Shown in pieces: positions 1-12,196 of a stretch of DNA of 64,000 nt (position 1 is its first letter; the number at the start of each line of letters is the position of its first letter). Both the position numbers and the translations under genes were made by a program. Below the pieces are notes generated by a model, which searched no databases, had not been told where the DNA came from, and was given only the letters and a program-made list of their open reading frames with translations. The stretch covers positions 16,195,550 to 16,259,549 of the forward strand of contig JARFYF010000050.1 of the NCBI GenBank assembly GCA_030265395.1, in the 5' to 3' direction. Origin of the DNA: Rhina ancylostomus (lineage: Eukaryota).

Positions 1-376
1 ATGTTATTATGCATCTTATTACATATTTGGAATGTTTTGTTCATACTGCCAATAATGTATGTACACACAAATTATATGAAAACTTCAGAGATTAATCTCT
101 TTTTCCATCACTGAATGGATGCATGCGATAATCTGCATGTGAATGTGCATGGTTTTTATTTCTATTTATAGTGAGAATTATATCTTACAATATATTGAAT
201 AGTTCTAAGCAAAAATCTGGTTTTAAATATCCTTTGTAGCAAAGCCCATTAAATTTATTATAAAAAGCTGCCAGAGAGATAAACTTGACATTTGTTATGT
301 GCATGTGTCCTCCAATCTTTCGAGGATGTTGATATCAGAATTTCCAATTTTATCTCATATTTATACATCATAATCC

Positions 377-1210
377 AGGAACATAGTTGGAGGAGTGGAC
401 CATTTAGCTCCTCAAGCCTGTTCCAATATTCAATGAAATAATTTCTCATCTCCTACCTGACTCCACAAGACCAGCATTTTCCATTTACTTTAATACTTAA
501 ACAAAAACCTACCTATCTCAGATTAAGCAAAATACATAATGACCGAACAAGAAATGCCATTCGTCAAGGAGAGCTCTAAATTTCTACCTTGCTTTGGCTT
601 TTAGTTTCTTACTTTCCTCCTGGAGTCTCCTAGCTCTATTTTATACACTCTGTTCTAAACAACAAAAATAACTTCTCTCTACCTACTCTTTAATATCTGG
701 TAAACTTCAATCAAGTCACCCTATAATCTTTTAAATGCCAGGGGCCACATCCCTGGTTTGTATAATCTCTTCCTGTAATTTCACCCTTGGAGTCCAGGTT
801 TCAAATGGACTGCACTCCATCCTAAACTGTGATGTTCCCAGTGGGGTTTATGTAGAAATCTGATTTGTTGCAGCATAACTATTACCACATTGTACCCCAG
901 ATATAAAGCCTAACATTCCATAAACAACTGATTATTTTCTGTACCTGCCCAAGACAATTTAATGATCTATTCAAATGAGACCCTAAATCTCTTTGAACAC
1001 CATTGCTTCTAGCTAATCATCATTTAGGAAATTCTCTATCCTTTTTAAGTCCAAAGTGGACACTCTCAAACTCTACATTGAAATCTATTTCCCACTCTTA
1101 CTTAACTTAGTAACATTTATTTTTAACATATGCTTCCATCTATCCTGCTTCAAATCTATATGTCAATAGCAAGCTCAGCCCTCTATCTCATCAACTAAAT
1201 TGTTCCAAAC
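377..1210 (-). mobile_element. Old, decayed CR1-like LINE 3' fragment
   Basis: Starts with the reverse complement of a CR1 3' tail (ggaacatag...ggaccatttagctcctcaagcctgttcc) and continues with degenerate reverse-complement ORF2 sequence. No long ORF. Confidence 0.55.
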
Positions 1211-1231
1211 AAAAACGATTAAAAAATTACA

Positions 1232-1868
1232 GATCAAGTCCAGAGCTCCCTGAAAGTAGATAGGATGGTAAGGAAGAGTCAAGAAGTCATGTTGCAGTCG
1301 TATAAATCTTTGGTTGGGCCACACTTGGAGTATTGCACACAATCCTGGTCATCCCATTACAGAAAAGATGTGGAGGCTTTGGAGACGGTTCAGAAGAGGT
1401 TTACCAGAATGCTGCCTGGACTAGAGGGAATGAGCTATAAGGAGAGGTTGGACAAAGTTGGTTTGTTTTCTCTGGAGTGTCAGAGGCTGAGACCTGGCAG
1501 AAGTTTATAAAATTATGAGAGGCAAAGATAGGGTAGATCGCCAGAATATTCATCCCAGGGTAGATGTGGTGAATATTAGAGGTCATAGTTTTAAGGTGAT
1601 AGGAAGAAAGTTTAAAGGGGATGTGCAGGCCAAGTTTTTTTTACACAGAAAGTAGTAGGTGTGTGGAATGCGCTGCCAGGGGTGGTAGAGGAAGGCAAAA
1701 TGATAGCGGCAATCAAGAGGCTTTTAGGTAGGTACATTAATATGCAGGGAATGGAGGGAAGTTGGTCACGTGCAGCCAGAAGGGATTAGTTTAATTTGGC
1801 ATCATGCTCATGACAGACATTCTGGGTCAAAGGGCCTGTTCCTGTGCTGTACTGCTTTATGTTCTATG
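1232..1868 (+). mobile_element. CR1-clade LINE, 5'-truncated 3' fragment
   Basis: ORF 1265..1510 reads YKSLVGPHLEYCTQSWSSHYRKDVEALETVQKRFTRMLPGL, the CR1 ORF2 C-terminus. It is followed by the tail aagggcctgttcctgtgctgtac...tatgttctatg. Confidence 0.9.
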
Positions 1869-2289
1869 TTAACATTACTGGAAGAGCACGGAGGACCCCT
1901 AGCCAAGACTTACACCTCAAAAAACAGTCTCAAAGCAAATTATCTGGTCATTTATCCAGTTNNNNNNNNNNNNNNNNNNNNNNNNNNNNNNNNNNNNNNN
2001 NNNNNNNNNNNNNNNNNNNNNNNNNNNNNNNNNNNNNNNNNNNNNNNNNNNNNNNNNNNNNNNNNNNNNNNNNNNNNNNNNNNNNNNNNNNNNNNNNNNN
2101 NNNNNNNNNNNNNNNNNNNNNNNNNNNNNNNNNNNNNNNNNNNNNNNNNNNNNNNNNNNNNNNNNNNNNNNNNNNNNNNNNNNNNNNNNNNNNNNNNNNN
2201 NNNNNNNNNNNNNNNNNNNNNNNNNNNNNNNNNNNNNNNNNNNNNNNNNNNNNNNNNNNNNNNNNNNNNNNNNAATTGACTATATTAAA

Positions 2290-2592
2290 GGTCTTCTTCT
2301 CAAACAGTCCTTCGTGATCAGGATAACTTACTTCCATCCCAGTCATGCAGATCCTGAGGTGGCTGATGAGGCAAAGTACCTGCAGACTTTGTTAACGTGG
2401 AACAGGCGATGATTGGCGGGTACTTTGGGAGGTGGTGCACTCCTGGGCTTCTGCATGCTCCTAACATATTGACTCCAAATTACCATCCCAAATGACCCTT
2501 CTGCATTTTGAGAGGTCATGGTACAGTAATTCCCATGAGTCAGTGAGAATATTATACTTTTTCAAGTATATTTTAAGAACATCTTTGAATTG
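2290..2592 (-). mobile_element. RTE-clade LINE 3' fragment
   Basis: Reverse complement translates to FKDVLKIYLKKYNILTDSWELLYHDLSKCRRVIWDG and later LISHLR, resembling the RTE ORF C-terminus. Ends in a gaagaag tail. Confidence 0.65.
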
Positions 2593-3829
2593 TTAAATAT
2601 ACAGAACTGATAAATGGCTATTGGGGTGAAGGCAATTCAAAAATCACTCTGCTCTCACTCCCATCTCTCTCAATCACTTCTTTTGCCCAAACACTGTCTC
2701 ATTCCCTGCTAAATTTGGCTCCACTCATGAAGTTCCAATGTACTATTTATTATGTCAAGTGCTTAAATCTAAACAATCTGCTTGCTTTCTCTTTTCTCAA
2801 CTTTGCATATTTGCAACTCAAAGCTTTTATATCTTGTTTTGCTCAAAAAGTGGTGATTTCATGGGAAAGCCACTCCCTGTATGTAACTGCCACACGAAAG
2901 CTGCAGGAAGTGAGCAGAGAAGGTTTCTGCCATGCTAATGTGGGCAAGAGGAAGTGTTTGATTGTGCTGAGCCAACATCACAGTCATTTGGTATTGTCTC
3001 CTCTCAGTGTTTTGAGACCGGAGAGAAATACAGGCCTTTGGGGAGATTCGTTTTACAAGACACATTCTTTATCTTTTGGTAACACAAAGAGAAAGGGACT
3101 TCAGGCTCTGAAGATTTTTTTTTGGCAACGGTATGAAGGTTTTGATATCAGGAAATAAGTCACCGTTGCATTGTGCCTGTGTTTGTGCTATAAATATCAA
3201 AAAAGAAAAGCTACACTAATTTGATCTTCTGGATCACATCCTTTTGAGAACTGTGCTGCAATAATTTTTTTAATGCTCTGCTTTTTATATGAACACAATC
3301 CCAAAAGCCTCAGTTACAAACCAGCTTCATTTCAAGAGGATTGTATTATTCTGGCTATCTATATCCAGTACTTTAGCAGCTATGGTGAGTTGTAGCCAAA
3401 TTGTCTTGTACAAGAGAGATGGAAGCTATTAATCAGAGGAAGGTTTTCAAACCAATCAAGCCATTCATAAAAAGACCTGCATCTTAATAGCACCTTACAC
3501 AACCTTAGAATATCCTGAAGTGCTTTAAAGCTTCAAAGGGAAATTTACTCTGTGCTCTACCAGTTATTTGAGCTTTTTTTGCACTCCAACCCCTTGTTAT
3601 GTGCCTTTTGCTGCTTTTTATTTCAAAGAATATTATTATAAGCAACAAGCAAGAAAAAAGGAAAAAAAAAGTAAAATTTAAATTAACATGTTCTCCCTGA
3701 CGTCTTTGATGTACTGTAACCCCTGAGTCACAGAAAGCCTCAGACATACCAGCAGACACGATGTTCTCCCCATCTAGAGACACTTTGGTATGAATGTTAC
3801 TCAGAAGAAGAGTAGGCAATTGGGAAGGA

Positions 3830-4455
3830 CGTACACTTTGTCTGGGCTCAGCCTACCCACCTGGGAACTATGCTGGCCCCCCATAATCCACCTCAACCAG
3901 TCCTACATGGTCCTCGACTAGTCCATTGAAGACAATATCCCCTTAACCTGGGACCTGATGCACCATTCCCAGAGAGCTGGCATGTCGATTGCCTTTCTCT
4001 CCCTTGACCAGAACAAGACGTTTGGCAGGATGAGTCACAAATTAAGATTGCAGGTCCAATTTCCGTCCATTGCCTTGGAGTGTCAGGTCAAAACTAGTAA
4101 GTCCTTGACAGCATCCCTTTGCCTGGTGTGTCATGGATGCTCCATGTCTGGGCAATTATATTCAACCTGCATGCAACTTTCCTTGTGCCTTTTTCAACAG
4201 ATGATGTGGGATTGGACCTAACTGAGCTAAACAGAGAGGTCAGCCTCTCAGCTAATAACTTGTTCCTCATGATCACAGATCATATTGATATATGGAGAAT
4301 GTGTGAGTGCAATAGGTCTTTTTAATCACATTCTCTGCTGGGATCAATTCGGAAAAATTTCAAACACCTGATAGGTCAAGTGGGCTCCCTTCTTAAAGAA
4401 TTTACACTTTTTGCATGGAGCACCATGCACCTGCTCTATCTGGATCCCTACCTGT
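3830..4455 (+). mobile_element. Tx1/L1-clade LINE reverse-transcriptase fragment (disrupted)
   Basis: Reads LGTMLAPIIHLNQSYMVLD*SIEDNIPLTWDLMHHSQRAGMSIAFLSLDQNKTFGRMSH ... GCSMSGQLYS ... FAWSTMHLLYL. This matches Tx1 ORF2 motifs (IHPDQSY, FLSLDQEKAFDRVDH, QGCPLSGQLYS). The YADD motif is decayed. Confidence 0.8.
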
Positions 4456-4494
4456 ACATCAATAAAGTGGATGCATCTAAGTTGAAAAGTAATA

Positions 4495-4592
4495 CAATCA
4501 GCAAATGTTGCAAATAATCAGCTGGCCAGGCAGCATCTGTAGAAGGAGAAACGGATTTAATGTTTCAAGTTGATGACCTTCTATCAGAACCA
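4495..4592 (-). mobile_element. Penelope-like (PLE) terminal repeat fragment
   Basis: caggcagcatctgtagaaggagaaac...ttaatgtttcaagttgatgaccttctatcagaac. Same family as the copies at 35.6, 37.1, 37.3, 45.3, 50.3, 58.5 and 63.7 kb. Confidence 0.55.
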
Positions 4593-5087
4593 AGAAGGAT
4601 TTGGGAATGTGTGTTGTAATTCTAAATAACTTGCATTAATGTGAATCTTCTAAAGTAACAACATTCCTCATGAAGTTTCACCAAGAGGAGCGAAGACCAG
4701 ACGTTGAGAGAGATGGTGGAAAATGAAAGTTTTCAGGAGGCTTTTGAAGGTGGCACAAGATGTAATGATGTACTGTGATGTAAGAGGAGAACTCTGACAC
4801 ACTACCCAGACTTAACACCACATCACCAAAGGGACAATTATCCTGACTCAGCAGGGAGAATGTTGTAAACCAGGACATGGGTCAATCAGAGATATCATTG
4901 TCAAGGTGAGGCAAAGGCATTTGGGGGACCTTTGTAAATGAGGCTGAGAAATTTGGGATCATATCTGTTCATTCACCATATGCTCATAGGTTTGCTAAAC
5001 AATAACTCTTCATAACAAGAAACTTACACTTCTCAACCTCCTTGTAAAAAAACAGCCCCTTGTTTTAAACTAATATGTGGGGTAAAC

Positions 5088-5432
5088 TGTGGCTTTGAGT
5101 TCTGGATTCAATGCCTGTTCTGGAAATTTGAGCACAAAGTTCTAGGCAGGCACTTAAATGCACCAACAGAGATGTTAACTTTCTGACAAGAAGTTAAACT
5201 GAGCCTTCATCTGCTTTCTTAGATAAATGTAAAAGATTTCATGCCACTATTTTGAAGAAGAGCAAGGAGTTGAGGGATAGGTGTTGCCCAGGACTAGACT
5301 GGTCTCCTGGCCAGTACTTCGCCCTCATCAACACAATTGAAGCAGATTATCTGATCATTATCACTTTGCTGCTTGTGGGAGTTTATTGTGGACAGATTAG
5401 CTGGCAGTTTACCTGCACTACATCAGTGAGTG
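5088..5432 (+). mobile_element. DeuSINE (SacSINE1/AmnSINE1-like) SINE
   Basis: Contains the Deu-domain signature gttaaactgag...tgtaaaagatttcatgccactattttgaagaagagcaagg...cctggccagta...cagattatctgatcattatcactttgctgcttgtggga. Confidence 0.75.
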
Positions 5433-5567
5433 ATATGGGCACATAATGTATGCTCTGCACAACTGGAAGAGCAGAGACCCAACATCTCAGAAGAAATCAA
5501 CAAGCATCTTCTGGATCTTTGTGACAAAAGTAAGAATCAGGACCAAAGTGATGAATTACTCCCACAA

Positions 5568-5966
5568 CCACAGAACCATAGAACAATACAGCTCAATACA
5601 GGCCCTTCGGCCCACCATGTTGTGCCGCCCATCAAACCACACCTCACACTATCTAACCCTTTCCTCCCACNNNNNNNNNNNNNNNNNNNNNNNNNNNNNN
5701 NNNNNNNNNNNNNNNNNNNNNNNNNNNNNNNNNNNNNNNNNNNNNNNNNNNNNNNNNNNNNNNNNNNNNNCCACATCCTTCCTATAATGTGGCGACCAGA
5801 ACTGAACACAGTACTCTAAGTGTGGTCTAACCAGAGTTTTGTAAAGCAGCATCATCACTTTGTGGCTCTTAAACTCAATCCCACGACTTATGAAAGCTAG
5901 CATCCCACAGGCCTTCTTAACTACCCTATCCACCTGCGTGGCAACTTTCACTGAACTGTGAATATG
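5568..5966 (-). mobile_element. CR1-clade LINE 3' fragment spanning an assembly gap
   Basis: ORF 5649..6107 reads KVATQVDRVVKKACGMLAFISRGIEFKSHKVMMLLYKTLVRPHLEYCVQFWSPHYRKDV. The reverse-complement tail catagaacaatacagc...caggcccttcggcccacc lies at 5578-5620. Confidence 0.9.
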
Positions 5967-6434
5967 ACCCCCATTATGAACCCCATAATGAGACCAACAT
6001 TTGGATTGTGACCACTGTTGGATGAAATCCATGACCTCCTGGCTCAGAGATGAGAGAGTTATCACCAAGCCAAGACTAACACCTGACAGTTTGGAATAAT
6101 AGCCCAATCATTTTAGTTTCATCACAGATCTTACCTCCAGCTGAAACAGAACATTTGGTTAGAAGCTGCATTCCATTATAATGACCAGAACTGCACCAAT
6201 ATAACATGGAGCAAACCACAACATTTCCCTGATTAGTTCCTGCTGTTCCACAAATTTTCAATTATGTGTGGCCTTGCACTTCCGCCTTCATGCTGCAAGT
6301 AGAGTGTTACTGTTAGTCTGAAACCAAAAGGGCAAAACCTTTGAATTTCAGAAATTTGGCACTCCCGCCCTCACCATCGTTCCTTCATTCCTTCAGTTCA
6401 ATCATTCCTTCAGTCATTCAGTTCATGAAACAAC

Positions 6435-6685
6435 CTGCACAACCCTAATCACTACTTCAGTACAGCAACACTATGTCCACTTTGACCACTTTGCACGACA
6501 ATGGGCTGTTTTTTTTTTGTTCTAATTGTGTTTTCTTGTAAAAATTCTGTATAATTTATGCTTAATTTATGTTTTTCCTGAGAACATTGTGCATCTGATG
6601 CTATGTGCCTGTGATGCACTGCAAGTAAGATTGCATCTGTGCATACATGTACTTGTGCACATGACAATAAATGCAACCTTGACTT
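6435..6685 (+). mobile_element. Rex1/Babar-type LINE 3' UTR remnant
   Basis: T-rich UTR ending gtacttgtgcacatgacaataaa, the same tail type as at 22560, 44905 and 60555. Confidence 0.5.
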
Positions 6686-7520
6686 TTAATTCATGCTACT
6701 TTCAGATAATATGCTTCCTCAATTTCTCATCAAGATCCTCCCACATCCTTGAAGATGTTGTTAACTTGGTAAGACATACAAACACTGAATGCCACCACAT
6801 TCCCATCCTGTTATTAATGCCTGAGTGTTGAACAGCCATTCAGCATCACAAACACAATCCTGACCACATGCACACACTTCCATTGTCACTGGATTGTAAG
6901 CAGCAGCTGATTTTTCCATTGTCTTAATTCAAACATGCTTGAGGTCAGTGTCCTGTCCCGACCACCATCGTGGGACAGGTCTTCTGACCCACCACTCACC
7001 AAGGAATAGAGAGCCTCAGGAGGAAACTTAAACTGATCCACAGTCTGCGTACTTAGGGGGACCTTAAAGATCTTTTACTCAACAATAAAAGAAAGGTTCC
7101 ATTGGCAACATTCCTCACTTATCAAACATCACCTAAAATTTGTTCATTCAACTATTCGTTGTTTATGGAAACATTCTAAGTTCTAGATCAGTGAAGGCGT
7201 AGCTCAAAATTAATTCACTGGTTGCAATCTACTTTGCAATGTCTTGAACATATCATATGGTGTGAGATTATATTTGGTTTGTTCTTTCTCTTGATGTTCT
7301 TGCATTGTTTAACGAAGCTTACTGAACAACAGTTCCATTTCAAATTGTGATATTCAAAATCATCGCATATTGCCGTCCCACTAAATAACACCTTTTTCCC
7401 CCCACAGGGAAGAGGTTTCTAATCAAAAGAACAATGCAAAAGATTAAATATAAGAAAAAAAAGAATAATATTGTACAGGAAGTGGTATTGAAGTAGAGAT
7501 GTGCAAGTGAAGAAAATTAC

Positions 7521-8387
7521 CTTGACCAGAGCCATTGTAGCTCTGCTGCTGCTGTTCTAGTTCAGCCAATTCACTCAGCAGAGCTATCCCATGCATCCCT
7601 GAGCAGGGGTAAAAGGTCGATGTTGTAGGGTGTGAAGGTGGTATGGGGGCACTGGGAAACTCAGGCTCTAAAGCAAGGAGCTCTCCCATGCTGAGGCCAG
7701 CTGCCACCAGGGCATTCATTCCTGCTATGCAGTCCCACCGCCACCTGAGTATTTCATCCCTCTCTGAGGCATCATGGCTAATTTCAGAATTGTTGTCCTG
7801 ATTCACTTGTGCGGCTTCGTCATCAGTACTGCATTCATGCTTTAAGTCAGTCTCAGGTACCAAACTCAAGTGATCAGAGTTTCTTACATCCAGTGTTTTG
7901 TTGGCTAAGGTTGTGGGCTCACTGGTTGAGTGAGGTGATTCATTCGCTGAAATTTCTTGTCTGCAGTCTTCTCCTTCAAGTCTTCCATCAGTGTCATTTC
8001 CCTGAGAAGCAATCAAATGCCTTAAGCACTCCATGTTTTCTTTCATAGATGGCTCAAGTTGCTCCACAGTTGAATTCTCTGCTGGCAAAGCATTTACTGT
8101 CTCCTTTTCCTCTGAGCTGCGGAGAAGGCTGTGCTCATTTTGCTTGACAATGTCCAGTTCGTTTGCTGTGATCTGTTGTTCGCTGGGGCTTGTCTTCTCC
8201 GTCAGGACTGAGTGAGTATCACAGTGAATTTTCGCACCAGGCGTAATGGTTCTGGACTGCTCTGGTTCAGCTGTGGTGGGGACAGGTTGCATAGTTTCAG
8301 CATCTGCGGGATTGGCAGAGTGTACAAGAGGGGTTGGCGAGCGATAACCCATGGTGACTGCCGTGTATGAGTAGCCAGGTGGAAGCT
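7521..8387 (-). CDS. BAHCC1: BAHCC1 coding exon H (867 nt, phase 1-1): ELPPGYSY...DAETMQ...GMNALVAA...HGIALLSELAELEQQQQSYNGSGQ
   Basis: ORF 7444..8562. Acceptor gtcttttccag|AG, donor CAAG|GTAATT. Conserved LPPGY, VHS.N..D.ETMQ and HGIALLSELA.L motifs. Confidence 0.92.
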
Positions 8388-9667
8388 CTGGAAAAGACAG
8401 GGAAGGAACACATTTTATCGACACCCAATGACCACAGCTAATGCTCAGTGTGGCTTTATCGGGAGAGATCATTTCTAAAGATCTACCACAATGGAGCCCA
8501 CTCCATTTTAACCATTCAGACCTTTCTGGTATGTTACTCCTCACTGTGGTTCTTGGATACATGACCTGTTCTCCAAAACAGGAAATATAACCTATCGGGC
8601 ATAAAATACAGTGCAGTTGCCATGTTCAGTCAATTTTAATTTATTCTGCATTTCACTCTGATAAATTGAACATGCATGAGTGCATGAATCATGACTTACA
8701 GTGACTGTAATCATAATGCCATGGTGCTCACTCTATATCAACCCTTGAAAGTGCAGTGGAAAACCTGTCTGGTCCAGGTGTCTTGTGTTCACTAACTGCT
8801 ACAGAAAAAAAATCTGAGAATTTATTCACTCAATCAAAAGACAAACCACAATGGATGGAGAAGTGGGGGATGTGCTTCACTTGGAAACTCTGGGCAAGGT
8901 TATCAATTTGTTTGTAAGGGTGAAACGATTAAGCCCAACACCCTCTACCCTGAACAGATAATCTGCCTGACATCGGAGAGTACAGCTGACACCAAGCTCA
9001 AGCAACAAAACAAATGTTATTACTTTGTCTTCACCANNNNNNNNNNNNNNNNNNNNNNNNNNNNNNNNNNNNNNNNNNNNNNNNNNNNNNNNNNNNNNNN
9101 NNNNNNNNNNNNNNNNNNNNNNNNNNNNNNNNNNNNNNNNNNNNNNNNNNNNNNNNNNNNNNNNNNNNAAAGTGTTTCCTTCCCAAGGACTGCTGAAGGA
9201 GAAAAAGCTTTCTATCTGCCAGGCTGCTCAGTCATTCTCCTCCTTTTCCCTTCAACATGAAACAAAAGAATTTCAGCTGCTGCATAACGTCTAACCTTGA
9301 AAACTGAAAGGAAATGTATTGGATTTTGTTGCATGAATGTTTTTTTTGGCTAGGATTTAGCAGGCCTGATTTCAACTGATTTCTGGAGGACAACTTGCAA
9401 CATTTGAGTACTTTGAAATTTAATCAACCCACGCTTGTTCCGACATTATTTCCTTTGATGATTATTCCACTCCAGAGACATTGGACAGTCCGAGTCAGTC
9501 TTCCCTTCTTGGGCAGATAAGCATTTTATTTCCATTTTGTCCCAGCTGATTAGGTGAAAACTGGCAAACCTCAATTGCTGAAGTGAAGTTAGTTTAACAC
9601 CCTGGTGAAAGTGGCACACACTGTCGTTTATTGAATCATCAGTTCAGCAGCCACTCAAGGAAACAGC

Positions 9668-10020
9668 TGTGAATCCACTGCTCACACTCTGAGCCAGAAT
9701 GTCATGGGTTCAAATCATACTACAGGGACTTGTGCATAAAAATATATACTGAAACTCCCAAGCATTACTGAAGGAGAGCTGAACTATCAGAAGTGCTGTC
9801 TTTCAGATGATATGTTAAACTGAGACTTTTTATGCCTTCTCAGTAAAAGACCAAATGGTACTAATCTGAATATGACTCAGCAAGTTATCCCTGATAGACG
9901 GAACAATATTTATTCCTAACAATATTAATCATGTTACCAAAAATATTTAATTGGTCAAATGTTCTTTGAACTATCACAAGGTTACTAAAAGTGCTATGTA
10001 AATGTAAATCTTTCTTTTTA
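9668..10020 (+). mobile_element. DeuSINE-like SINE (internally deleted)
   Basis: tRNA-like head (ctctgagccagaa...gggttcaaatc), body gtgctgtctttcagatgatatgttaaactgag, and tail aaaagtgctatgtaaatgtaaatctttcttttt. Homologous to 5088-5432. Confidence 0.65.
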
Positions 10021-10619
10021 GTAGTGAATATTCTTTCAATTGAAAACTGTTTGCCAATATTTTGCAAGTGTCTACAAAATGTAATTGTACAAACATTCAG
10101 CTCACAGGCGCAAGCTTATGAGCAGTAATGTTAGACCACTGTGATTTCTGCTTTCTCCAAGGTTTTTAATATTTGCATCAGCTACAACTAATTATGTTCA
10201 GAATACACAACCAGCATGTTCCCTCCAACAAAAGGAGATTTACTGAGCTGCACAAACAGAAAGAGGTTCACAGTCTCTATCCATTTGCCATTGATTTATT
10301 GATCAACCTTAATACCACTCTCACACTGACTTTCTTCTAGCCTTTGGTAGCTCCACAGCCAGAAAAGAGAAGGTACACTGGAGCATTTGCCAGAACACAA
10401 TTTCATACATCTTTACTTCAGTTGTGCTCTTTCATTCCAGTAAATATCAAACAGACTTTCTTTTTATTTTTTTGTACTGATCTACTGGCCACAGAATTAT
10501 CCATAGTATGGAGACACAATCAGATTTAGAATTAGCAGAACTCTCAAAAAATGGAGGCTTTCAATTCCATGCTACAGATTTGGATCTTATTTGTGTTGTT
10601 AACATAACTGTGGACGTAC

Positions 10620-10995
10620 CTGGCTCAAAGGATTCGGGATAGTGTTGAGACGGCTCTCCTTCTACTTGCTTTTCAGCTGTTTGACTCCCTGTGGAATTCT
10701 GGGAAGGAGGAGGACTGACCACGGATGATTGTGGGACAGCAGCAGAGCCAGAAGTAGAACAAGAAGGCAATGGGCATACAGCAGTGGGCTGCGGAGAGGG
10801 GCATCCTGACTTGGGTCTTAATGAAGGAGAATGATGACATGGTGAGAGTTTGGCAGAACACATGCCAGATGGCAGTATGACTGGTGAAGAAAGACTCTTG
10901 GGAGAGTTTAAGGCAACTGTTTTGTGTGATCTCCTATTCCTCTCTAAAGTGTGTTCTTCTGCCTCGATTCGAGGTTCCTCTGCCTTCCGTTGATC
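10620..10995 (-). CDS. BAHCC1: BAHCC1 coding exon G (376 nt, phase 0-1): DQRKAEEPRIE...HKTVAL...AKLSPCHH...YPESFEP
   Basis: ORF 10561..11193. Acceptor ttttttccctcag|GAT, donor CCAG|GTACGT. Pro/Ser-rich and collinear with the BAHCC1 QRK.E...HKPVAL...KLPPC segment. Confidence 0.9.
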
Positions 10996-11743
10996 CTGAG
11001 GGAAAAAAACAGGATCAATTGAAATTGTTAAAACCAAAGAGTTTAGCCCAGTTTCTTCCATTTTCCTACAACTGCAATTCAGCTCACCAAACCTAAACAT
11101 TAAGTAGCCCAGGAACATGGGAACAGGAGTAATACATTCAGCCCCATCATCCTGTGCATTTAAGTTATGCCTGATCAACATCGTAACCTCCATCTATCTT
11201 CCTTGGTTCCAAAACACTCGACACCCTTCCCTAACAATTAGAGATAAACTTTTAGTTGGTGACAGAGAGAGAAAGAGAGGCAACTAACCAAATCAAATGA
11301 GCTACACTTTTTCCAAGGAAATGTGCTTTACGTTTTAAGTTTTATTAGTTCCATCAGGGGCTCTCATCTCCAAATCAATATTGTCTTATCAAAAATTACT
11401 CATGCATCCTGGAACTTTCATGACACAAGTAATTAGTTGTTCCATAGGATGAGAGAGGAGAAGATGACACATATGAACATCCAGCTGAGATTAAAGGCAA
11501 AAGTAAAAGTCATGGGAAGTCACCAAGCTGCAACATTAACTCTATTTCTCTCTCCATGGATGATGCATGACTTGGTGAACATTTTTCCTTTTTATTTCAG
11601 TTTTCCAATAACTGCAGTACTTTGTTTTTGTGTCAGTGATTAGAAATCAGTGATTTTCAATTTGATTAGGGCATTGGACAATCCTTTTATAAGTAATAGG
11701 TGCATTCCCACAACTGGACAGTTGCTCTTCACCGAAGGATTCA

Positions 11744-12196
<453 letters not shown>

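Noticed and set aside
1770-2346. Long ORFs containing X runs (also at 16.7, 27.8, 32.1 and 42.0 kb)
   Set aside because: Artifacts of translating through N gaps.
1-7520. Next downstream BAHCC1 exon; ORFs 2715..3158 (+), 2859..3065 (-), 3505..3819 (-)
   Set aside because: No resemblance to BAHCC1/TNRC18, no convincing splice signals, and composition typical of chance intronic ORFs.
10996-11193. 66-codon open frame upstream of exon G starting at ATG 11193
   Set aside because: The AG before it lacks a pyrimidine tract and the peptide is unrecognisable, whereas a strong acceptor exists at 10995. Treated as chance read-through.
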